Shown: positions 38,477 to 51,997 of the stretch, in pieces
Layout of the letters: each line of letters begins with the position of its first letter
Position numbering within the stretch: the first letter of the stretch is position 1
Assembly: GCA_964016885.1 (NCBI GenBank)
Contig: OZ024745.1
Coordinates: 93,496,001 to 93,560,000 of the forward strand
DNA: 64,000 bases
Direction of reading: 5' to 3'
From: Eledone cirrhosa
Taxonomy: Eukaryota
Notes under the pieces: generated by a model
What the model was told of the DNA's origin: nothing
Database searches by the model: none
The model's input: the letters and a program-made list of their open reading frames with translations, nothing else
Translations under genes and position numbers: made by a program

Positions 38477-38768
38477 GTTTCTGGGAAAGTTTACGAGAAG
38501 ATTTTTTTAGAAAGGTCCAACAGATTTATCCATATTATTGAAAAGATTAGATTCTAAGTTAAACAAACATATAACAAATAATAACAGTTTAAATACTGAT
38601 AGGTAAATGGACTATGAACATGGAAGAGAGGTGATAAGAAAATGAACCGCATACATTACATTTCTCAAATTAACTATTTGGCAGTAAGGTTCAATAAATT
38701 CTGGTTCAGTACTCTAACAAAGTTTATTTTATATTTGCAGAGAGAAGGGGGGTGAGAGATCATGTAAG

Positions 38769-38812
<44 letters not shown>

Positions 38813-38816
<4 letters not shown>

Positions 38817-38998
38817 TAATTGTTTCTACTTTTGGCACAAGGCCAGCAATTATCCCAGTGTATAACTGGTACTTTATTATATCGACCCCATGAGGATGAA
38901 AGGCAAAGTTAACCTCGGTGGGATTTGAACTCAGAATGGCAAGGGCCGTAACTCTATGCATCAAAGCATGGTGTCTGACCCTCTACCGATACTGCCAA
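38813..38998 (-). mobile_element. tRNA-derived SINE with Meta-type central domain
   Basis: Minus strand gagttcaaatcccaccgaggttaactttgcctttcatcctcatggggtcgat...aaagtaccag; homologous to 42524-42712. Confidence 0.8.
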
Positions 38999-39010
38999 AT
39001 AATAATAATA

Positions 39011-39051
<41 letters not shown>

Positions 39052-39057
<6 letters not shown>

Positions 39058-41000
39058 GAGAAGTAAAATACAGGAGAACAGACCGTTAAAACATGTTTAT
39101 TTAAAATAGAACCTATGTACGTTTCGCCCGAATGGGCTTCTCAAGGGCATAATAACTAAAAAGCGTTCCTTACATGGGCCGGAATGGGTTTTTAGAGATA
39201 AGTTCACGTCAGAGTTCATTCTTCGTTAAAAAAAAAATATGTTTTGATTTTGCAGTAGGTCAAGGGAGATAACTCTGGCCGGTGTTTGGGCAGACTTTCC
39301 CGGACAAATTTTTTATCCGATACAAGCATGTGATTACTACCTTACCATTGCCGATACGTACAGGGTCAGGTATGCAACGTTTGTTTCGAGACGTTTGTTT
39401 GCTGCGCCTGCCTGCCTGGGTCGATTCATGCCGGGTCTGGGATGCATGGTTAGTTTCCGGATGTTTTTAGCAGCGCCTGCCCGCCAGGCTGTTAAAGCTT
39501 GGTGCAGGGAGACCCGGTTTATGGTTTCACTCCTCGTTCTTATTCCATCTGAAGATATTTTCACTCCTCGTTCTTATTCCATCTGAAGATATTTTTAAGC
39601 GGTGTGTACAGCTTATCGTCGTTTCAGCTCTGCTGTTGATGAGCTCGTGGGGTGCTGTTATGATGTGGTAGAGCTCCATGAGGCAAAGCTCGCACTTCCT
39701 CTTGAAGTTGTACGGTGCAGCCCTGCCGACAATTTCCCAGTGCGTGGAGAAGCTGATGTTTAAATCTTTTAATGCTGTAATGTAGTTTGCGAGAGAAGTG
39801 GAGTGTCTTAATTTCTTATTTGCGAAAGAGTAGAGATGTGTTCGAAATTTAATTTTGAATGGGCCAGAGGTAGCCCCTATATAATGTTTAACACTATTAT
39901 GGCTAGTTACGGTGCACCTATATATAATCCTATCAGTCAAGCAGTTTCCCCTCAGGGGTTAGCGTCCCCTGTCTCGGCAGTTGCAATTTCGGTCGCGGTC
40001 CCTTCTAGCTCCCACGGTAAGGCTATTATTATTGGTATCTATGTTGTTACCTATGCTACCACATCTGTCATTAGCACCATTGTAACCCACTGTGTGTGGG
40101 GTGGTACCATTATTAATCTGCATGCAGCAGCGTCTTTCCTTGCCACCAGGTGACCCGTGCGGGTCACCTGCATATTCCCCAGTTATGTCGCGGTTATGTT
40201 GGTTGCATCTGTAGAGGCTGCTGCTAGGGAGTCGTTAAGGCCGATATAGTTGTTGTCAGGTGTAGGTGCGTCTGTGCTAAGGTGCTGTGTCTTGGTGATC
40301 TTACTGTGATTTGTTGTTCCTATGATGTCTGCTAGGTTAGGAGTAGTAGAGAAGGATATTTTTATATTGTTCCTATTAAGGATTCTCCTATACCTATGGT
40401 TGAGTGGGAAGTTCTTCTCTAAGGCTTCGAAGAATATCCAGGGTATGTTGGAGGCCGCACTCGGAGAGTAGGGGGGATGGAACCATATGACGTTACGGTG
40501 GCGATTACGTGTCTTAGTACGTTTGCTACGGGTAGTGCCATCAGGGTGACCGTTCTTATGCATGTCAATGCGCTGTAGCCCGTTATGTGTCCCTTTCACT
40601 TTATGCTCGGGTGCACTATTCTTCCTTCTGCTATGTTTATGTACAGGAAGATGTTAGTTGGAAGGTGTTGGTAGTAGGCCATCGCCTTTGCTGATTTTAT
40701 AGTAGGGGAAATAATTCAAGTAGGCTACAGTGGTCACTGTCACCGGGGTCGTGATCTTTATTGTGTGGTAAGCTACCTATACTTATTTTTAAATAAACTT
40801 GTTTTAACGGTCTGTTCTCCTGTATTTTACTTCTCCACGTGCTTACGCTCTGCTAATTCTCTTGCCCACTAGATATTAACACTTCTAATATTTAACACCA
40901 CCGGCACTAGTATTGAGTACCCTCTGCATACGCTATTTAGCAAATAACTACATGTATCATCTATCCCTCCTTATCTCTCTCTCGATACGTAAGTATTCTA
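39052..41000 (-). mobile_element. 5'-truncated Naiad-type Penelope-like element with inverted terminal segment
   Basis: RNVIWFHPPYS...FPLNHRYRRILNRNNIKISFS (40183-40599); IIYRC...YIGAT...CELCLME...CTH (39527-39940). 39052-39108 is the reverse complement of 40785-40841. 34-bp tandem duplication at ~39525-39595. Confidence 0.85.
39114..39151 (-). ncRNA. Degenerate minimal hammerhead (U3-A8 core) in the PLE 3' region
   Basis: Minus strand: tatgccc TTGAGAA gccc attc gggc GAAA cg TA cata. Stem I is incomplete. Confidence 0.5.
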
Positions 41001-41039
<39 letters not shown>

Positions 41040-41049
41040 AGTCTTTAAT

Positions 41050-41429
41050 GCGAAGAAATACCAACGATAATCATCAGGCTACTGATGAAGGACATTCTTG
41101 TTTCTCGGTCTCTTTTTATTCATATGTTCATATTTGCAACAACGCAGCACGCCATTTTTCATTCACATATATGTTTTCCCTTCGCTGTGGTTCGTATTAT
41201 TTCTGTCATCTCTTTCTCTCTCCCCCTTCTCTCTCCTTCACCTCTTGCTTTCCTCCACTTCCGCTGCTGGTCACTCACTCTCGGCTGGCCCCTTCCTCAC
41301 ACTTTCACTCAACTGCTCTCTGCTACTCCTCCTCTCTCACTTCCTCCCATCTGACCCGCGTGAATACCAACGTGAAATACCAACGATAATCAGCAGGCTA
41401 CTGATGAAGGACATTCTTGTTTCTCGGTC

Positions 41430-41435
<6 letters not shown>
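41050..41435. repeat. Short element with ~55-bp terminal direct repeat (period ~319) between TA tracts
   Basis: gaaataccaacgataatca.caggctactgatgaaggacattcttgtttctcggtct at ~41056 and ~41374. Confidence 0.7.
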
Positions 41436-41477
<42 letters not shown>

Positions 41478-41507
41478 TATATATAGATATTATATATATA
41501 TATATAT

Positions 41508-42475
41508 GAAATAGTGGACACCTTCCGTTACCTGGGTGACAAAATCAGCAGTAGTGGAGGGTGCTCTGAAAGTACAGTAGCCAGAGTCAGAACGGGATGG
41601 AAAAAGTTCAGAGAGCTTATACCGCTATTGGCTACTAAAGGTTTCTCTCTAAAAATGAAAGGCAGACTGTATGATGCCTGTATACAAACAGCAATGTTAC
41701 ATGTCAGTGAGACATGGGCTTTGTATGCAGAGGATCTGCGCAGACTGGAGAGGAACAAAGCATCCATGCTCCGTTGTATGTGTAATAGTAATATACGCGA
41801 ACGGCAAAGCATAAATGAACTAAGTGAGAAATTAGGAATAAAAGGGATCAGATGCTGTTTACTCGACAGAAGACTACGTTGGTATGGTCACGTGATGCGC
41901 ATGAAAGACGACAGTTGTATAAAAATGTGCAGGGCGTTCAAAATTGATGGAAGTTATGGAGTAGGTAGACCCAGAAAAACCTGGGATGATTTGATAAATT
42001 CTGACCTTACACACTTACACCTCTCTAAGACAATGTCACTGGACCGAGATCTTTGGCGCTACGCAGTAACACAGAAGACCTGCCTTGCCTATGTAGAAAG
42101 CAAAACCTACAGTCAGTAGACACCTCTTAACCAAATATATACCCCCATCCCACTACCCCTACTCTACCCCCCCCCCCACTCCCACCAACACCACCCTTTC
42201 TCTGTAAAGTTTTGTTGGTTCCACAACACCCAGTTGTGTAGGTGTCACAGCAAAAAAACACACAGTCACGCTGTAATGTGACCATGTAGGTAACATGGTA
42301 AAAACCGCCCAGTTCACACTGTAAACGTGGTTGGTGTTAGGAAGGGCATCCAGCCATAGAAAACCTGCCAGACAGTCCTATACGAGCGAGACACGGTCAC
42401 CCTACCAATCTTGCCTCAAGTAGGACAATTCCCCTCTAAACCCATGCTAGCATGGACGATGATGAGGATGATGAT
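41508..42475 (+). mobile_element. RTE LINE 3' fragment (same subfamily as 35k and 51k)
   Basis: FRYLGDKISSSGGCSE...LRWYGHVMRM...GRPRKTW, followed by 3' UTR and (GAT)n tail. Confidence 0.92.
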
Positions 42476-42523
42476 ATAATTATAATAATATTAATAACAT
42501 ATATATATATCATTATATATATA

Positions 42524-42712
42524 GGGCGGTGGATTGGCAGTATCGGTAGAGGGTCGGACGCCATGCTTTCAAGCATAGTTACGTCCCTTTACGATCTGAG
42601 TTCAAATCTCGCCGAGGTTGACTTTGCCTTTCATCCTTACGGGGTCAATAAAATAAAGTACCAGTAATGCACTGGATAATTGCTGGCCTTGTGCCTAAAG
42701 TAGAAATAATTA
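42524..42712 (+). mobile_element. tRNA-derived SINE with Meta-type central domain
   Basis: A-box-like tggcagtatcggtag, B-box gagttcaaatc, and gccgaggttgactttgcctttcatccttacggggtcaataaaataaagtaccag. Confidence 0.82.
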
Positions 42713-42734
42713 TATATATATATATATATATATA

Positions 42735-43333
42735 AATATGTATACGTACATACATATATGTATACAGATGTACAGTAGTATGTATATATATATACATACA
42801 TGCACATATATATATGTACGTATGGATTTACCAAACATTTATTATAATGCTTGGTTTGTTTGTAAACAAACATCCCGAATTAAGCCGTACAGTGTCTAGC
42901 AGCCATCGTTGCTCTTTTGTTCAACACTGACAAAGGAACGCTGTACTAGTTTCAAGCTTATTAGCTATCGTCAGTACCATATACCTTCCTGCCAGATGAT
43001 TGAACGTCTAAAAGTATATACTTTCCTTATGCATATTAACGGCTGAGCAGCCTAATTTGCATATCGAGTGAGTTAATCGACCGGGTGCACCGAAAACGAT
43101 AAACGGAAAAAAATGAAACAAAATTTCATTTCTCACTCTTAGTACGGCTGTTACTTAAATATAAGTATGTATACGTACATACATATATGTATACAGGCGT
43201 ACAATAGTATGTATATATATACATACATGCACACATATATGTACGTATGGATTTACCGAACATTTATTATAATGCTCTGGATGTTTGATCCCGAATTAAG
43301 CCGTACAGTGTTTGGGATGTTTGTTTACAAACA
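42735..43333 (-). mobile_element. Short terminally redundant element (~430-bp period) with a partial hammerhead at 42941-42980
   Basis: 42735-42895 is repeated at 43166-43311. Short inverted end gggatgtttgtttacaaac. Minus strand CTGACGA t agct aata agct t GAAA ctag TA; stem I is broken. Confidence 0.6.
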
Positions 43334-43334
43334 C

Positions 43335-43492
43335 AGTGGTCGTGGAGGTGCCACCTCAAAAAAGCACCCACACTCGCTGTAAATGAGGTTGGTGTTAGGA
43401 AGGGCATCCAGCGGTAGAAAATCAAGCCAGAATCAGTTCCTGTCCCACCCTTGCAAGCAGGAAAAAGCGGACGTAAAATAAAATGAAATGAT
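43335..43492 (+). mobile_element. SINE/RTE 3' tail fragment
   Basis: Matches 59876-60036. Confidence 0.8.
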
Positions 43493-43521
43493 ATATACAC
43501 ACACGCACGCACACACACACC

Positions 43522-43561
<40 letters not shown>

Positions 43562-43863
43562 TGCACACACACATTTATATGAATACACACATATACACAT
43601 ATACATATATATACACATATACATATGTACATACACACACATACAATCACATACATATGCACACATATAAAAGATACAATCATAAGCACAGTTCAGTAGG
43701 TAAATAGGCAGACAAGCAAAAAATATTAAAAATAAAAATTAAAATCATAAGGTATTACTATGAACGCACATTCACGTGTGGGCGTAACATAGTGTGGGCA
43801 TAAACACAGTGATGGGCAAAAATAAAAATAAAAAATTACATAAGTGGCGTAAATAGAAGTGTA

Positions 43864-43905
<42 letters not shown>

Positions 43906-44170
43906 AAATTTCGCTCTACACCTGTGTATTTTTGAAAATAGCATATATTTTCACTAGCTCTGACTGTTTGGCAGATGAACAGTGAGCTCTACTCATGAAG
44001 GGTGATACTCAGAAACATTAGTGTCTGCAGTTCTGTTCGCATGCCAACATAAGTGCAAGAATGAAGTGTTTATTCTACTGACATGGCTATAAAATTGAGG
44101 CTTGTTTGCATAATTGCAAACGAATTGAATGTTATTAATATTCGAAAAACTCAGATTACATTTATTATAT

Positions 44171-44200
44171 ACTAGCAGAATGGCCCGGCGTTGCTCGGGA
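44171..44200 (-). mobile_element. Helitron-like 3' terminus
   Basis: Minus strand: GC-rich hairpin cccgagcaacgccggg about 8 nt upstream of CTAG|T. Confidence 0.5.
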
Positions 44201-44425
44201 TTTTATCTAGAGTTCTTATATATTTGATATATATTTATCCTTATCAAGCCTCGTGAAATAAATACGTTTGTTTATATTTTGTTATTGTGTATGCAAAAAT
44301 ATCTGTACACGAATATATATATATATATTAAAATAACAGATTAAAGTTTAAGCAATGAATCGCTGCTTTCACCCTTAACGGGATCTTCTACCTACGCAAA
44401 CACACACACATATATATATACACTC

Positions 44426-47128
44426 ACATCATCATCATTTTATGTCCACTTTTCCTTGCTTGCACGGATTGGATGGGTCCTATTCAGCACAGCATCTTTC
44501 CACTTGTCATGGTCCTTCGTCATCTCCTCAGTGTGTTTCAGCCATCTGAGGTCTGCTCTCACCACCTTCGCCCATGTTTTTCGTAGTCTACCTCTACTGC
44601 GCCTTCCCTCTACTGGGATTTCTTGCCACTTCTTTACCCAGCGATCATCCTCCATGCGCATCACATGTCCATACCATCTCAGCCTTCTCTCCTGCACATC
44701 ACAACTTATCCTTCTTATACCCAGTTTCTTTCTCAACTCATCTATGCTTGGTCATTCACACACATTGATATTGCACATCCAACGGAGCATCCTTGCTTCA
44801 TTTCTCTCCAGCCATCGCATATCTTCTGCAGTTGCTGCCCATGTCTCACTACCATGCAGCATTGCGCATCTCACACAGGCATCATTTAACCATCCTTTCG
44901 TACGCAGGGAGAAACCCTTCTTTGTCAATAGAGGAAGCAGCTCCCTAAACTTCTTCCAACCTGTCCTTATTCTAGATACTATGTCCTCGGAACACCCCCC
45001 GCCCATGCTAATCTGATCACCTAGGTACCGGAAGCTATCAACCACTTCTATAGAACCCAACTGCATTGGAAAAATGTGTTTATCATTGCAATTACTACTG
45101 CCAACTTTCCCTGTACATCTACTGCATACGTAGTTTTCCCTACCTGTTAGTTTGCCTGCTATCCCACTACATCTCTTGTGTACCCAAGATCTGCATTGCA
45201 TACATTTTATGGAATTTATGCCAGTTCATTCCAACTGCTGTTTCCATAGCCAGAATTTTTTTTCTAGTTCCTCTACTGATTCTGCTATAAGAACCAGATC
45301 ATCAGCATAGAGAAGTTCCCATGGGCATCCAGTCTTAAACTCCTCTGTTGTGGCTTGGAGGTCTATAATGAACAAGAGCAGGCTGAGGACTGAACCCTGA
45401 TGTATACCTACTTGTATCTGGAATTCCTCACTAAACTCCATGCCTACTCTCACTTTATTGACAGCACCCCTGTACATAGCTTGCACTCTCCTCACAAGCC
45501 ATTCCTCTACTCCTAGTTTCCTTAAGGACCACCAGATGACAGATCGGGGTACCCTATCAAAGGCCTTCTCTAGGTCAACAAAAGCTAAGTATAGTGGCTT
45601 ATTCTTCTCTAAGAACTTCTCTTGTAGTTGCCTCACCAAGAAGAGGGCATCTGTTGTACTGCATCTCATATAATTTCACCCTTTCTCTAATTAGTTGTGC
45701 TAATATCCTTTCTGCCACTTTCATAACCTGATCCATCAGCTTTATGCCCCTATAATTGCTCCTCTCTAGAGCATCCCTTTTACCTTTGTAGCAATTTATG
45801 AGAATACTGCTGCACCAGTCTTTGGGTATGACACCGCCATATATAGCTTGATTAATGATGCGTGCAACCAGTTTAGTGCCTACTTCTCCTGATGTCTTCA
45901 ACATCTCAGCAACTATCCCCTATGGTCCAGCAGCCTTACCATTCTCCATTTACTTAATTGCCTCTTGTACCCTATATTCGTCAAACTCAATAACTCGTCC
46001 CTCTGTTGGGTCTACTGGGGGTAATTTCTCTCTGACCCCTTCATTCTCCACATTCATCAGTCTCTCAAAGTGACATTTCCAGGCCTCCTTTTTTTTATCA
46101 TTTGTGACACTAAGTACACCGGCATCATTCCGGACACACTTATCTCCAACAACATCCTGATTTGCACTGACACACTGCCTTGCAATGCAGAATACCGCAC
46201 GTCGCTGATCTTCCCATTGCAGAACATTGGCAAACCTCCAACTCCCAGCCTCCCTGCGTGCTAAGTACACCTGACGTCTAGCTTCTCTCTTAGCGGCTGT
46301 GTATCCTTCCCTACTCCCACCATTTTTCCAAGCCTTCCATGCCAGTCTTTTGTCTCTAATGGCCCTATCTTCCATGCGCTTCCACCACCAGGTCACTCTC
46401 TGTCTGGTTGAATATCTGCCCCAATCACAAGTTTTTTCAGTAGCCTGCAGTAAATTATCACGCAAGAAATTCCAGTTATCATCTATGTCATACGTCTCTA
46501 AATCGTCTTCTTTTTCGTCATACACGTCTTGAAGGGCTTTGCTAAATTTGTATTTCAGTGAAAGGTCTTTTAGCTTCCAGACCTTTCTTTTCCACACCTT
46601 CCTGTATGTCGCATTCTTTCTCATGCTTACTGAGATATCACTAACGACTAACTTATGCTGTGGGGTACATTCTTCCTCAGGGTATGCCTTAGTATTTGAC
46701 ACCATCTGTCTGTCTCACTGTCTAACTAGTAAGAAGTCAATCTGGCTTATGTGCTCGCCCGATTTGTAGGTTATTAGATGGTTGGTAGGTTTCTGGAAGT
46801 TTCTGTTGCAAATGGTTAGTGCATTTGCATCACACAATTCAAGAAGTCTCACTCCTTCTTCATTTCTTGAGCCGTAACCGTGCCCACCATGTACCCCAGT
46901 GTATCCATCCTGGAGCTGTCCAACATGTCCATTGAAGTCCCCTGCTAGCATAACGATGTCTCTGTCCTCTGTCATTGAGGCTGTTTGTAAAAGTTGCTCG
47001 TAAAAGCAGTCTTTCTCTTTTTTACCTAGGCCTGCCTGGGCAGCACAGGCAGAGATGACTGTCAGTAGTCACTTGCCTACAACTAATCTAAGCTTAATTA
47101 TTCTATCACTAACTCTAACTACCTCTAT
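44426..47128 (-). mobile_element. RTE-clade LINE (second subfamily), 5'-truncated and pseudogenised
   Basis: AGDFNGHVG, SQIDFLL, NYRGIKLM, AFVDLEKAFDRVP, GIHQGSVLS, LLYADDLVL, LRWYGHVMRM; (GAT)n tail. Confidence 0.93.
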
Positions 47129-47129
47129 A

Positions 47130-49400
47130 GGTAATAGACTTAGTTAACATGATTAACGAATTAAAATTTTGTAAGTACAGTAACAATTTTCAATCTAAAC
47201 TTTCTAATGACATTTCTGATATCAAACGCTCTAATAATACATTTGTTTTCTCTGATAAAACTAAAAATCTTTATGAAGTTAAAAACAATTTATACAACTA
47301 ACTTTTAACAGATAGTATCACTGCTAAATATCAAAAAGCTAATATTAATACTTATAATATCATAAATAATGAAGCTAAAGCTTTAGCTAACATATTAAAA
47401 GTCCAACCCTTGCAAGCAGGGAAAAGCGGACGTAAAATGATGATGATGATGATGATAACCGAACTGAAAGCCTAGCCATAAATCAGACTTTATTAATCGA
47501 CCTAGTTGTACACTAATCAGCCCTGCTAAATCAGAAATTGGTCTTGCTAGTAAAAAAATCCTAAGAAATATAATACTTCAAATAAGAACTAAAACTGAAT
47601 TATTCCAATGGTTAAACACTTCCTCTGTTATATCATGGTTTAATAATATACAAAAGAAAAATAAGTGTAGATTTACCCAATTTAATATTGTATATTTCTA
47701 CCCCTCTATCATTGAATCCTTATTAATTAAGCCTTAGATTTCGTTAGACATTTTATTAATATATCTAATTTAGAGGAGGATGTTATCTTACATGCTAGGA
47801 AAATGAAAAGAAGAAACTTGGGTTAAAAAATGAAACCCAGAAAACCCTTTTGATGTCTCGATGGTTTTGTTCGACAGCGCCAACGTGTGCAATTTAGTTG
47901 GATTATTCCTCCTCCACACACTTAAAGAGAAATTTCCCAACCATAATATCGGCTTATACCAAGACGATGGATTGGCTGTTTCTGATGCCACCAACGACCA
48001 TAACCTTGATAAATTCCGTAAAGATTTAATTAATACCTTCTCTAACCTAAACCTCAAAATTATTATAGATACTAACCTAACTAATACCAACTTCCTCGAC
48101 ATCAATCTTGAGCTACTTACTGCTTCTTTCAAACCCTATCATAAACCTAACAAAAATTTAAAATATATACACAAAGAGTCTTGCCATACTCCTATAGTAT
48201 TTAAAAACCTTATTCCTAATATTAGTCGTATCTTCTTCTATAGATATTTTTAATAAAGCAGCCCCTTATTATAATAAGGCCCTTAAAAATAGCGGTTTCA
48301 ACAAACAAATCAAATATATACCCACTCCTCCTCCTACCACTAAACACAATAATAGGAAAAGAAAAATAACATTGTTTACTCCACCTTCCTCTTTAACAGT
48401 TAAAACTAATGTAGGAAGAAAATTCCTTGAACTTCTAGACAAACATTTCCCCCAACAACATAGATAGAATAAGATATTCTATAGAAATTTAGTTAAAATT
48501 AGCTACTTCTGCTGCCCATCCATGAAATCTAAAATTACAAACATAAATATCACTAAAGGAAACCCAGGATGTAGTTGCAGAAAAGCTGAAGAATGCCCTT
48601 TACAGGGCAAATGCAATACAAAATCAATCGTATATGAGGCCAAACTGACACCCATTGTGAATAACCAACTAGCCAGGAGTGAGCGATATGTGGGCATAAC
48701 GCAAGATAGATTTAATGCACATGTTGCTTCTTTCAAACACCCAGACAAAAGAACATCTATGGCGCTGGCTAATAAAGTGTGGGAGTTAAAACAAGGCAAG
48801 ATTCCATACTTGATTGATTGGTCCATTTTAGAATACTCAAAAGAATACCAGAAAGGCACAAAGAAATGTCCTTTGTGTATAACCGAAAAGTACAGAATAC
48901 TGAAAAATCTGAAAACTCCTACTACTTGCCTCAATTCTAAAACTGTGATCTTCAGAAGTTGTCCACACATGAAATCACATCTTCTTTCCAGCTGGTATGA
49001 TATACCTATGAGAACTGAAACACCCTGAATTTCCTCTTTTTACAAATTAACTCTTCCACTCACTACCCAGATCTCTTAAAGAAAACATACATTTTACCAC
49101 AACCATTATACTCAATTAACACCCACTTATTTATTTTAATTATACCCTCTCCCCTTTTTTTTGTCATACTTTTAACACATACACACCGACCACCTTCTTT
49201 CTGTCCACCATTCTTAACCTTTTAGAGACCCTGAACACTTCTCCCTTTTTTAACCTTTAACCTTAACTTTACAACCAATAAGACTCACATATTCACTTTA
49301 TTCACATATCCTTTATCATACCCTCTCATTACCCTTATCCCTTCTTCTTTCTACCTATTAGTTATACTCTTTCTACATACACCATTACATTTCATTATTT
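47130..49400 (+). mobile_element. Degenerate Naiad-type Penelope-like element (RT + GIY-YIG) with a SINE/RTE-tail insertion at 47401-47457
   Basis: FNIVYFYPSI, PFDVSMVLFDSANVCNLVG, LYQDDGL, NFLDINL, CSCRKAEECPLQGKC, IVYEA...YVGIT, CPLCITEK and CPH; stops and frameshifts. Confidence 0.9.
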
Positions 49401-49404
49401 TATT

Positions 49405-49531
49405 TACTTTAGGCACAAGGCCAGCAATTACCCAGTGCATTACTGGTACTTTATTTTATTCATCCTGACGGGGTCAATAAAATAAAGTACCAGTAATGCA
49501 CTGGGTAATTGCTGGCCTTGTGCCTAAAGTA
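49405..49531. repeat. Fold-back of a Meta-SINE 3' end (56-bp arms, 15-nt loop)
   Basis: 49405-49460 is the reverse complement of 49476-49531. Confidence 0.9.
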
Positions 49532-50230
49532 GAAACAATTATTTTATTTACAGGAACTCTATTTCTATCTTTCAGATAATATATTCATAGATATGTATGC
49601 ATATATGTTTATGAATGTATGCACTTTTGTATGTATTTATTTATAATTGCGTGTGTATTCTTGCATATTTTGTGTAAATGTATATGTTAGTCATATGTAT
49701 GTGTGTATGTTTTTACATGTCTATGTATGCATATGTATATGTTCTGTATGTACGGATATTTCCATATTTTTTCCTTTTTTTCTCCCACCTACCCTTTTTT
49801 CATAATTGCATTTATATGTGTATTTGTTTATATTTCTATATTTTTTCTTATTTTTTCATATTTGCATATGTATGTGTGTTTGTATATTTATTTTTGCATG
49901 TGTGTCCGTATGTATGTACGAATGATTTTTATACATTCACATTTGTGTGTACACTTGTATATGTGTGTGTGTATATATGGAAGTTTAGTAAAACCTATAT
50001 ATATATAAATATATGCGTGTGTGTATGTAAAAATATTTTCGTGTGTGTGTGTAAGTACGTGCGTATATATGTGTTTTTCATCATTATCATCATTTTACGT
50101 CCGCTTTTCCATGCTTGCAAGGGTTTTTTATATATAATATTTTATATGTGTGTGTATGTCTATGTACGTGTGTATGTATAAGTGGGTCCTTACATGTATG
50201 TATTTGTATGTGTGTATATATATATGTGTG

Positions 50231-50314
50231 TGTGCCTCTCCTTTGTTCTGTCCTACGCCATCTTGTTTTGTGTCAAAAACAAGATGGCGTAGGACAGAAC
50301 AAAGGAGAGGCACA
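50231..50314. repeat. Perfect 39-bp-arm hairpin directly upstream of a hammerhead
   Basis: tgtgcctctcctttgttctgtcctacgccatcttgtttt-gtgtca-reverse complement. Confidence 0.92.
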
Positions 50315-50336
50315 AAAACAAAGAAAAGAATCCCCA

Positions 50337-50379
50337 GTCACTGAAGAGGTCACAGAATGTGTGACGAAAGAACTTTGAC
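50337..50379 (+). ncRNA. Minimal type I hammerhead ribozyme
   Basis: gtca CTGAAGA g gtcaca gaatg tgtgac GAAA gaac TT tgac. Confidence 0.75.
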
Positions 50380-50529
50380 ATTATATGAACAACCGTCCGG
50401 TTGTGAAACCATCCAACCAACCGGAAATTTATAAATTCTTAAATTTATAAATTTAATTTATAATAAATTGGAGGGAATGCAACTGGTGCCTGTGTTTCTT
50501 ATTGGCAACATGACCCTCCCAAAGTATAA

Positions 50530-51866
50530 CATCATCATCATCATCATCATCGTTTAACGTCCGTGTTCCATGCTTGCATGGGTTTGGACGGGAGTTTTCC
50601 CACTTGAGGCAAGAGTGGTTGTCTTGCTCGCATAGGACTGTCTGGCGGGTTTTTTACAGTTGGATGCCCTTCCTAACACCAACCACATTTACAGTGTGGG
50701 GCTGGGAGGTTTTTACCGTGTTGCCTACACGGCCACATTACAGCGTGGACTGTCTGGCAGGTTTTCTACAGCTGGATGCCCTTCCTAACACCAACCACAT
50801 TTACAGTGTGGGACTGGGACGTTTTTACCGTGTTGCCTACACGGTCACATTTACAGCGTGGACTGTGTGTTTTTTTTTTTTCGTGACACCTACACGATCT
50901 CATTTGTTTCGGCCTGGATTTTGTGGCACCAACATAACTTTACATTGAAAGGGGCGGTGTGGATGGGGTGGGGGTGGTGGGACGGGGGTGTATTTTGTTA
51001 GAGATGCCTACTGACTGTAGTAGGTTTTACTTTGTATTTAGGTAACGCAGGTCTTCTCTGTTACTGAGTACCGCCAAAGGTCTCGGTCCAGTGACATTGT
51101 CTTGGAGAGGTGTAAGTGTGTGAGGTCGGAATTTATCAGCTCGTCCCAGGTTTTTCTGGGTCTGCCTACTCCGTGGCTACCATCTATCTTTATTGCCCTG
51201 CACTTTGTTATACAGCTGTCGTCTTTCATGCGCATCACGTGACCATACCAACGTAGCCTTCTCTTGAGTAAACAACATCTGATCCCTCTTATTTCTAATT
51301 TTTTCCTTAGTTCGTTTATGCTTTGCCGTTCGCGTATATTACTATTACACATCCAGCGGAGCATGCAAGCCTCGTTCCTCTCTAGTCTGCGTATATCCTC
51401 TGCACACAATGCCCAGGTCTCACTGCCATGCAACATTGCTGTTCGTATGCAGGCATCATACAACCTGCCTTTCACTTTTAGGGAGAACCCTTTAGCGGCT
51501 AATAGTGGTATAAGCTCTCTGAACTTTTTCCATCCAGTTCTGACTCTAGTTACTGTACTTTCGGAGCACCCTCCCCCACTGCTGATTTTGTCACCCAGGT
51601 AACGGAAGCTGTCCACTATTTCTATAGAACCCTCTGCGCAGTTGAAAGAGCTAGTATTTTGTGGGCACTTGCTGCTACTTATTGCACCAGAGCACCGGCC
51701 ACATGTAAAATCTGTGTTCTTAGTTAGCTTACCTGTGATCCCACTACATCTTTTATGCACCCATACTTTGCATTTGGGACATAAAATGGAGTTTCTTCCT
51801 ACGCCTTTCCTACACACTGAGCATGGCCATTTCCCGGAAGGGACCGGCGCCTTATTTTCTTTCTTT
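50530..51866 (-). mobile_element. RTE LINE 3' fragment with open C-terminal frame
   Basis: KWPCSVC...WVHKRC...FRYLGD...LRWYGHVMRM; internal duplication of a 3'-UTR block; (GAT)n tail. Confidence 0.92.
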
Positions 51867-51997
51867 ATATATATATATATATATATGCATATATGTATAT
51901 GCATATATGTATATGTATATATATATATATATGCATATGTTTTTTATATATGGATGTGTGTGTGTGTGAGTATTCTTACATATATATATGTGTATGT

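Noticed and set aside
43960-44035. Hammerhead-like GAAAcattagtgTC (a similar case lies at 55510-55590 on the minus strand)
   Set aside because: No intact CUGANGA or UUGANAA core at the required position.
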